Shown here piece after piece: positions 8,399 through 14,060 of a stretch of 24,000 bases of DNA (positions are counted from its first letter, which is position 1; the number at the start of each line of letters is the position of its first letter). The stretch spans positions 191,467 through 215,466 of the forward strand of contig CAXXOY010000009.1 of the NCBI GenBank assembly GCA_963668455.2. Reading direction: 5' to 3'. Made by a program: the position numbers and the translations under genes. Source of the stretch: an uncultured Desulfosarcina sp. (GTDB lineage Bacteria; Desulfobacterota; Desulfobacteria; Desulfobacterales; Desulfosarcinaceae). A model generated the notes under the pieces. It had not been told where the DNA came from. It did no database searches and saw nothing but the letters and a program-made list of their open reading frames with translations.

Positions 8399-8686
8399 AT
8401 GGCACTAACAAAAAACGATATCGTTGAGCGTGTCTATATTGATCTCGGGTTACCGAAAAATCAGGCCATTAACGTTGTTGAATCATTGCTTGAACTAATC
8501 AAATCCGCTTTGGAATCCGGTGATGATGTGTTGGTTTCTGGTTTTGGCAAATTCTGCGTAAATGACAAGCACTCTCGGAGAGGCAGAAATCCGGCGACCG
8601 GTGAAGATTTAATTTTGCAGGCACGGCGCGTGGTCACATTCAAGTGCTCGGGGAAATTACGAGAGAAGGTTAATGGTGAATCATGA
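8399..8686 (+). CDS. ihfA: Integration host factor alpha-like (HU/IHF family) DNA-bending protein
   Basis: From the ATG at 8399 the protein reads MALTKNDIVERVY...GFGKF...RGRNPATGEDLILQARRVVTFKCSGKLREKV. This is near-collinear with E. coli IhfA (MALTKAEMSEYL...GFGNF...[31 protein letters not shown]). The track start at 8366 adds 11 aa and has no Shine-Dalgarno. Confidence 0.9.
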   Translation: MALTKNDIVERVYIDLGLPKNQAINVVESLLELIKSALESGDDVLVSGFGKFCVNDKHSRRGRNPATGEDLILQARRVVTFKCSGKLREKVNGES

Positions 8687-8772
8687 TGCTCATTCCTACC
8701 AAACCTGCTGATGGCTGAGACAATTACCTTATAATATGTTTGCCACGGTGTGTCACCCGCCCCCCTATTAAA

Positions 8773-9690
8773 TCATTCGGCAAAAACTGATTCCACCAGT
8801 CTTTGTGTGGCTGCCAAGGCATCCACAAACGTAATAATCTCGTCAGGGCCGGCAAACGACACTTGCAGCACGAAGGTTTCGTATTCCTTCGCCCACCCTC
8901 TGTCATGGTGCAAATGGTCGAGCATGGTGGTGAAGCGCTCGACCGGGTCCCGAGGCGCCCCTCCTCCTCCCCGGCCAGCGTCCTTTTCCGCTATTTTCCG
9001 CACTAAGGCCACGAATTCCGGCGCGCTTTCGATACGGCTTTCAAGAGCCGCCAAATCGTAAAGGTGACGTATGATGGCGGGATCGTCATTTTCCGCCCCT
9101 CGCTTGCGCGTGCAAACGCGCCAAGCCAAGGCGTTCAATTTATCGGCGGCTGTTTCCATTGGGTCAACGCAGGGGAAACCCAGAACCTCGGGCGGATTCT
9201 TTTCAAACCGTGCAATCAAAGACCGAATAGGCCGGGTTATTGGTTGCAGCACCGGCGCAAGGAAAGACATTTCGATACGGATATAAGGTCTCAGGCCCGG
9301 GCCTGTTTGGAAATGACTGTGATAGGCCAAATCGGCGGAGAAAAAGCGGCTTTCATTACCCTTTTTAACGGCGATCAAATTTAAATCAGCGGAGGTCAGG
9401 ACCGATAAAACTTGCTCTCGGTAACCGCTACGCTGTTTTCGCTGCTGAGCGTTACTCGCGTCGGCGGGCATGGAGACCTTGAAGTCGATATCTTCGGAAA
9501 AACGTTTGATAAGCCCCCATCCCTTCGATAACGACGTGCCCCCCGAAAAAGCAGGTACCGCGCCGACACCGTCGAGGGACGAAATCACACGTATGGCTTG
9601 AACGACATGCCAATCCTTCTCGACCAGACGTTCGTCGCTCAAAAACGCGCCAGCGACCCGCTCAATAATTTTCCGCTCAAGCACGTTCAA
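8773..9690 (-). CDS. abiEii: AbiEii/AbiGii-family nucleotidyltransferase toxin (type IV TA / abortive infection)
   Basis: Family motifs EKDWHV and FSGGTSLSKGWGLIKRFSEDIDF are present. It overlaps the upstream antitoxin-like gene by 14 nt. Confidence 0.9.
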   Translation of the reverse strand: MNVLERKIIERVAGAFLSDERLVEKDWHVVQAIRVISSLDGVGAVPAFSGGTSLSKGWGLIKRFSEDIDFKVSMPADASNAQQRKQRSGYREQVLSVLTSADLNLIAVKKGNESRFFSADLAYHSHFQTGPGLRPYIRIEMSFLAPVLQPITRPIRSLIARFEKNPPEVLGFPCVDPMETAADKLNALAWRVCTRKRGAENDDPAIIRHLYDLAALESRIESAPEFVALVRKIAEKDAGRGGGGAPRDPVERFTTMLDHLHHDRGWAKEYETFVLQVSFAGPDEIITFVDALAATQRLVESVFAE

Positions 9691-10084
9691 AACTCATAAA
9701 AACCCCTTTGTAACCGATCTTGCGGCGCACCCTTTTCCGGGTGGCGATCACTCGGCCTGCCGGGACTTGGGTTGTTTTACCGGCATTATAGGCTTGTTCA
9801 AAACGCGTTGGGGCGCTTTCGACCCCCAACCGGTTAAGCGCCTCGGCCGTCAAAGAATAGAGCCCCTTGACCGGCGTCGGTGTACCGTCGAAGGGCGATG
9901 GCACGGCACGCGTGTAAAGCCCCTGGCCTATTTTCATAAGCATCCCCTTCTTCACAAGCCCCCGAAGGGCACGACCAACCTGGTCATAGCCGCCAAGGTC
10001 TTTAAAGTCGGCACGCAGAAAGACGTCGCCGCGCTTACGGTCGATACGTTTCATCAAACGTGTTTCCAAATTTTCGGTTCTCAT
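9677..10084 (-). CDS. abiEi: AbiEi-like wHTH antitoxin/transcriptional regulator
   Basis: I prefer the ATG at 10084 (MRTENLETRL), which has GAGGTG 4 nt upstream, over the track start at 10135. RGDVFLRADFKDLGGYDQVGRALRGLVKKGMLMKIGQGLYTR matches the AbiEi N-terminal wHTH pattern. It is paired with abiEii. Confidence 0.75.
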   Translation of the reverse strand: MRTENLETRLMKRIDRKRGDVFLRADFKDLGGYDQVGRALRGLVKKGMLMKIGQGLYTRAVPSPFDGTPTPVKGLYSLTAEALNRLGVESAPTRFEQAYNAGKTTQVPAGRVIATRKRVRRKIGYKGVFMSFERA

Positions 10085-10106
10085 ATTGCACCTCGCATTT
10101 AATGTC

Positions 10107-10135
10107 AACTTACGACATTTTTGAGATGATTTCAA
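10107..10135 (-). promoter_or_regulatory. Candidate sigma70 promoter for abiEi-abiEii (TTGAAA-17 nt-TAAGTT on the minus strand)
   Basis: The -35 complement lies at 10130-10135 and the -10 complement at 10107-10112, giving a leader of about 15-20 nt to the ATG at 10084. TAGTTAA direct repeats (10136-10142, 10148-10154) abut the -35. Confidence 0.35.
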
Positions 10136-10470
10136 TAGTTAATCAATTAGTTAAAACGAAAATCAGCGCGCCCCTACTTAATATTCGCTCTGGTATAATC
10201 CTCATCTCATATTGCAACGATTTGCGATATATTTTTTAACCCTTTTCGGTCCTCCTGTGTATTAAAAGAAAGATGCGTTTGAACTACTTTAAGAAAAAAT
10301 AATATTCCGTATCAAGCTGAAATATTGAATAAATCTATGATGTTTGAGTATAATCCAAAATAGAAAATAAACATATACGTAGTTTGGTTTATAAATACGT
10401 CGCAGAGAAGTAATATTTTACTTGACGATCTATGTCTTTTTCTTTAAATTTATTTTAGTTATTCGCTCAA
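10136..10470. other. AT-rich non-coding region between the divergent AbiE and ssb modules, containing promoter-like hexamers, short repeats and an IHF-consensus match
   Basis: The region is visibly AT-rich compared with the roughly 50% GC flanks and has no credible ORF. An extended -10 TGGTATAAT lies at 10191-10199, and TTGAAT-18-TATAAT at 10325-10354. AATCAATTAGTTA (10141-10153) fits WATCAANNNNTTR. Confidence 0.5.
10422..10450 (+). promoter_or_regulatory. Candidate sigma70 promoter reading toward ssb (TTGACG-17 nt-TAAATT)
   Basis: The hexamers lie at 10422-10427 and 10445-10450. AT-rich context makes chance matches likely. Confidence 0.3.
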
Positions 10471-10749
10471 TGAAATTTCTTCATTGTTCCCTCCGCCACT
10501 GAGCGGACCTCGGGATGACAGGTTTTATCCTGAACAATCCTTCTTTCAGATCCATTCATTCCTTCAATGGATCGGTGTTCGCCAATCGACCATAATGCCC
10601 AAAACGGCATAAGCCAAACCTTGGGTAAATGCTTTTCTACGACGGCCAAGCCAAACAGTAGAATTGCCAATCCGTGGTCGTGTCATATCCACACTTCATG
10701 CAACACAATTAACAACTTCCAGTAAACATTCACTAACGAGGGGCTAAAG

Positions 10750-10786
10750 CACTTGTGCGCAATTCTTCTGCTACAGGTGTTTTTTT
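10750..10786 (+). terminator. Terminator- or attenuator-like hairpin with a T7 run just upstream of the ssb RBS
   Basis: CACTTGT (10750-10756) pairs with ACAGGTG (10773-10779) as 7 bp including one G-T, with a 16-nt loop. TTTTTTT follows at 10780-10786. The ssb Shine-Dalgarno AAAGGAG starts about 15 nt later. Confidence 0.4.
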
Positions 10787-10814
10787 ATGTCCTACCAACT
10801 GAAAGGAGCGTTTC

Positions 10815-11519
10815 ATGAACAAGGCAATCATCATCGGTAGATTGGGTAAAGAAGCATTTTTTTTAAATGGTGGTGAGCAAACCGCCTGCCGATTTCAATT
10901 GGCGGTAAAGGAGACATGGAAAAACAAAAACAACGAACCTCAGGAGCGAACCGAGTGGGTCAATGTGGCTGCCTGTGGGTCCATCGCCGAACGGATGAAA
11001 GGCGTTGCTAAAGGCACGCTTGTGTTTGTTCAGGGATCGGCCAGCACAGGCAGCTACACGAAAGATGATGAAACCCGCTACTATTTCGAAATCATGGCCA
11101 GCCAGCTGGGCATTTTGCCTGCAACCGAAGAAAAATCGTTTAAAGATCTGGATCAAAATGAAATCGCCTTGGTCGGTCGTCTTGGGCAGGATCCAATGAC
11201 CCCCAAGGAGGGAATTACTCACTTCTCTTTGGCATGTAACGACTATTTCAACGGCCAGGAAACCACCCAGTGGATCAGCGTTGCCACATTCAATGGGTTG
11301 TCTGTCAATGCTGCCAGAATATTGAGCAAAGGCCGTCTGGTTTTCGTCGAAGGCAAAGTGCGAACCAGAAAATATGACAAGGATGGGCAGACCCGTCATA
11401 CCACGGGTGTTATCGCACACAAGTGGCGGGCACTGGATTCGAAGCCTAAAAAACAAGAATCAAGCGAGTATCACGAATCTGCATTCTACGGCTATGCGGA
11501 TGACGATATTCCGTTTTAA
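10815..11519 (+). CDS. ssb: Single-stranded DNA-binding protein with two tandem OB folds and one C-terminal acidic tip
   Basis: OB1 begins MNKAIIIGRLGKEA...WVNVAACG and OB2 begins EIALVGRLGQDP...WISVATFNG...GRLVFVEGKVRTRKY. The C-terminal tail ends ...YADDDIPF, the canonical SSB tip. Confidence 0.9.
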   Translation: MNKAIIIGRLGKEAFFLNGGEQTACRFQLAVKETWKNKNNEPQERTEWVNVAACGSIAERMKGVAKGTLVFVQGSASTGSYTKDDETRYYFEIMASQLGILPATEEKSFKDLDQNEIALVGRLGQDPMTPKEGITHFSLACNDYFNGQETTQWISVATFNGLSVNAARILSKGRLVFVEGKVRTRKYDKDGQTRHTTGVIAHKWRALDSKPKKQESSEYHESAFYGYADDDIPF

Positions 11520-11526
11520 CTCAACG

Positions 11527-11556
11527 CCCCTGGATCTTAAGCCCTTGGATCCGGGG
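11527..11556 (+). other. GC-rich hairpin between ssb and the primase-like gene
   Basis: CCCC(T)GGATC at 11527-11536 pairs with GATCCGGGG at 11548-11556 (9 bp, one bulge). No T-run follows. The GATCCGGGG arm resembles the P1 hairpin of the DUF932 leader. Confidence 0.35.
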
Positions 11557-11567
11557 GCTCACAACCC

Positions 11568-12359
11568 ATGAGGTTATCGATGGAACGAATCTTTCAAAAA
11601 CTCGAACGATATTTTGGCAGATGGAAAATCGGTGTGCTGAATCCGGACAGAGGACTATGGTCGCTTTCGCCTTCCGTAAATAAGTTGGGATATCTGAGGG
11701 CAATGAACGCCAGCGGCTATCACATCTTCATGAAGCCGGAGGACGAAAGCCGCTTCCTGCTTTTGGACGATATTCCGGAAAACAAATTGGCATACCAAAA
11801 AGAGTTGAAACGATTTAAGCCCGGGCGTCTGGTGGTGGAAACCAGCCCCGGAAATTATCAGATATGGATCAGGGCTGACCGAAGCATCGGCAATCCGGAA
11901 AAGAGATACTGGATCAACTTTTTCCGGGCAGATCCCGCCTGCGATCCGAACTTACGTTGGGGCCGCTGTCCGGGGTTTCGCAATTGCAAACCGAAATACG
12001 GCAAGAATGGTCGCTATCCCCTTTCCCGCCTTGTTTGGGTGGATTGGAAAAAAGCTGCCCAGATCCCGAACGTGGCAATGCCGGCAAGGCCAACAGACCG
12101 GCAGACTATCAAGGTAAAATCGATAAGCCATCACATATCGCCCCTCCCTATCCTGCGTTCCGACTATGAGCGCGGGGATGATTCGGCCACCGACTTTGCT
12201 TATGCGCTCGCACTACTTCGGCGGGGAACCGACCCGGAAGTCGTTGCCGATAGGCTGCTGCAAGAAAGAAGTAATTGGATCCACCATAAAGGCCAGCGGC
12301 GCCAGGCCGATTACCTTCAGCGCACGATCAAGCGCGCCGTTGAAATCATAAATCAATAA
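11568..12359 (+). CDS. RepB'-type (RSF1010-like) plasmid primase-like protein
   Basis: FLLLDDI ... LVVETSPGNYQIWIRA resembles the catalytic-core motifs I recall for the RepB primase family. The true start may be the second ATG at 11580, which has GAGG 6 nt upstream. This is a recall-based call. Confidence 0.5.
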   Translation: MRLSMERIFQKLERYFGRWKIGVLNPDRGLWSLSPSVNKLGYLRAMNASGYHIFMKPEDESRFLLLDDIPENKLAYQKELKRFKPGRLVVETSPGNYQIWIRADRSIGNPEKRYWINFFRADPACDPNLRWGRCPGFRNCKPKYGKNGRYPLSRLVWVDWKKAAQIPNVAMPARPTDRQTIKVKSISHHISPLPILRSDYERGDDSATDFAYALALLRRGTDPEVVADRLLQERSNWIHHKGQRRQADYLQRTIKRAVEIINQ

Positions 12360-12383
12360 AAGATCGTTTGATTCTTAAACCCA

Positions 12384-12471
12384 ACCCCAGATCCGGGGTA
12401 CCGCAATGGTTCCCAGACAGGGTTGTGTTCTCCCTATGGTTAGAACCATTGCGGCTTTATTCATAGGGAGG
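12384..12471 (+). promoter_or_regulatory. Structured 5' leader, copy A (upstream of DUF932): P1 hairpin, 12-bp P2 stem, apical anti-SD segment, SD
   Basis: P1 is ACCCC/GGGGT at 12384-12399. P2 pairs 12401-12412 with 12443-12454 as perfect CCGCAATGGTTC/GAACCATTGCGG. CTCCCTATG (12430-12438) is the exact reverse complement of CATAGGGAG (12462-12470), which covers the SD. Confidence 0.6.
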
Positions 12472-12477
12472 CAACCA

Positions 12478-13278
12478 ATGAAATCACAATTAATCCCCCT
12501 TACCAATGATCAAATCGTCGAATTGGCTCCTGCTACGGGAGCGATAAACCCACACGAAGCGGTTTCGGATCGGTATAGCTTTGTACCAACCATCGAGGCC
12601 GTCGATTTATTGAGATCGGTCGGATGGCAACCCGTGCATGTAAAGCAATCCGGAACAAGAAAAGATGATCGCAACGGTTATCAAAAACACATCATTCGAT
12701 TCATGCAGGGAGCGTTTTCAACCGAACAGGAACGCGTCGATCTGGTAATGACCAATTCCCATGATCGTGGCTGTGCGTTCCAGCTTTACGCTTCCATCTG
12801 GCGTAAAATTTGTGGAAATGGGTTAATGGTTTCCTCGAAACTGTTTAATTTTTCACATAGACATGTAGGTTTTGACTTAAAAGCCTTCTTGAATTCCGCC
12901 TACCAAATTGCCGAAGGCGCCGGAGAGATTGCCGAACAAGTCAATGATTTAAAGGCAATAGAACTATCTCCAAACGAAAAAGGCGTGTTCGCCATGGCTG
13001 CACATAAATTGGTTTATGACGATATCAATATGGCACCGATTTTGCCATCACAGTTATTAAACGAACGGCGCTATGACGATCGAGGCAATGATCTTTGGAC
13101 AACATACAATGTTGTCCAGGAGAACATAATAAAAGGAGGCATATTTGGAAGCAAGCGAAATGAAAAAGGCCATATTCGTCGGGTCAAAACCCGACCCGTA
13201 AAATCCATTGATCGGGATGTCAAACTCAACAAATCACTGTGGGTATTGACCGAAGAGATGGCCAAACTAAAAGCCTGA
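12478..13278 (+). CDS. DUF932-family protein (common in plasmid/ICE leading regions)
   Basis: The start is ATG 12478 (MKSQLIPL), with GGGAGG 6 nt upstream. The track start at 12406 would translate the structured leader. TNSHDRGCAFQLYASIWRKICGNGLMV matches the DUF932 core pattern (NSHDGS...R.vC.NG). Confidence 0.8.
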   Translation: MKSQLIPLTNDQIVELAPATGAINPHEAVSDRYSFVPTIEAVDLLRSVGWQPVHVKQSGTRKDDRNGYQKHIIRFMQGAFSTEQERVDLVMTNSHDRGCAFQLYASIWRKICGNGLMVSSKLFNFSHRHVGFDLKAFLNSAYQIAEGAGEIAEQVNDLKAIELSPNEKGVFAMAAHKLVYDDINMAPILPSQLLNERRYDDRGNDLWTTYNVVQENIIKGGIFGSKRNEKGHIRRVKTRPVKSIDRDVKLNKSLWVLTEEMAKLKA

Positions 13279-13337
13279 TTAAATAAACAGGCAATGCTGT
13301 ACGGTTCTTCAAAATATGCGTTAACTCAAATATTGAA

Positions 13338-13426
13338 TCCCCCAAATCGGGGAACCGTAAAGGTTTCCCGATGGGGATATCCTCCCTTATTCGTGGGAAC
13401 CTTTGCGGCTGACAACAGGGAGGATA
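13338..13426 (+). promoter_or_regulatory. Structured 5' leader, copy B (upstream of radC), with the same architecture as copy A
   Basis: P1 is CCCC/GGGG at 13340-13352. P2 pairs 13355-13368 with 13395-13408 (14 bp including 2 G-T). TATCCTCCCT (13378-13387) is the exact reverse complement of AGGGAGGATA (13417-13426), which covers the SD. Confidence 0.6.
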
Positions 13427-13428
13427 AA

Positions 13429-13968
13429 ATGAGCACAAAAGAGTATCGTTTCTATTCATATAAGCTGCATATGGTCAAGGAACAAGAAATCAAGTTCTTG
13501 AGTGACCAGGAAATCCACAACAGCTTCGCGGGTTCCGAAGTAATCAGAAAAGTTATCCGCCAGACTGGCCAGACAGATCGTGAAAACTTCGTAGTTGTTA
13601 TGCTGAATACAAAGCTCAAACCCATCGGTGCAAACCTGGTGTCTACCGGAAGCCTGACCCGTTCTATCGTTCAACCCCGTGAAATCATAAAAGCGGCATT
13701 GAATATGCCATGCAAAGCCTTGATCCTTGGCCACAATCATCCGTCAGGAGACCCCTCGCCATCCATGGAAGATAGGTTGATAACCTTCATGATAATGGCG
13801 TCCGCGCAACTTTTCGAAGTGGAGATTCTGGATCACATCATCGTGGATATGGATTCCGATAAATACTTATCCTTTGCGGATGAAAACATCATTAAAATTA
13901 CGAAACGTAACGTACGCTCACTGTTGGAAAAAATCTCAAATATACAAATGAATATGTGCCAGGTTTGA
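13429..13968 (+). CDS. radC: RadC-like JAB/MPN-domain protein
   Basis: The start is ATG 13429 (MSTKEYRF), with AGGGAGGA upstream. The JAMM-type motif GHNHPSGDPSPS is present, followed by ED..T and EILDHIIV. Confidence 0.9.
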   Translation: MSTKEYRFYSYKLHMVKEQEIKFLSDQEIHNSFAGSEVIRKVIRQTGQTDRENFVVVMLNTKLKPIGANLVSTGSLTRSIVQPREIIKAALNMPCKALILGHNHPSGDPSPSMEDRLITFMIMASAQLFEVEILDHIIVDMDSDKYLSFADENIIKITKRNVRSLLEKISNIQMNMCQV

Positions 13969-14018
13969 TTGGAAACGCTCTGGGCACACCATGAAGCAGA
14001 GTTGACCAATCAGACTGT

Positions 14019-14060
14019 CCGACCGTCTGTTTTTGATTTTAAAAAAAAACAGACGGTCGG
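14019..14060. repeat. Perfect 16-bp inverted repeat (CCGACCGTCTGTTTTT / AAAAACAGACGGTCGG) downstream of radC, either terminator-like or a protein-binding hairpin
   Basis: Arms at 14019-14034 and 14045-14060 are separated by a 10-nt A/T spacer. The T and A runs lie inside the hairpin rather than after it, so it is not a textbook intrinsic terminator. A smaller CAGAC/GTCTG hairpin (14011-14029) followed by TTTTTGATTTT could terminate + strand transcription. Confidence 0.6.

Noticed and set aside
10467-10670. 67-aa minus-strand ORF in the ssb-upstream non-coding stretch
   Set aside because: It has no SD, an odd composition and no partner context. The region is better explained by the series of hairpins on the + strand. 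A small protein cannot be fully excluded.
10863-11456. 197-aa antisense ORF inside ssb
   Set aside because: It lies opposite a canonical SSB coding sequence and is a shadow frame.
12406-12477. N-terminal extensions of DUF932 (12406-12477) and RadC (13294-13428) as given by the ORF track
   Set aside because: The extensions would translate the two structured leaders. Strong SDs (GGGAGG, AGGGAGGA) sit just before the internal ATGs at 12478 and 13429, and the family homology begins there.
14019-14060. Calling the 16-bp perfect inverted repeat a textbook bidirectional rho-independent terminator
   Set aside because: The T and A runs lie inside the hairpin (loop-proximal) rather than 3' of the stem on either strand. 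I therefore report it as an inverted repeat with only terminator-like potential.
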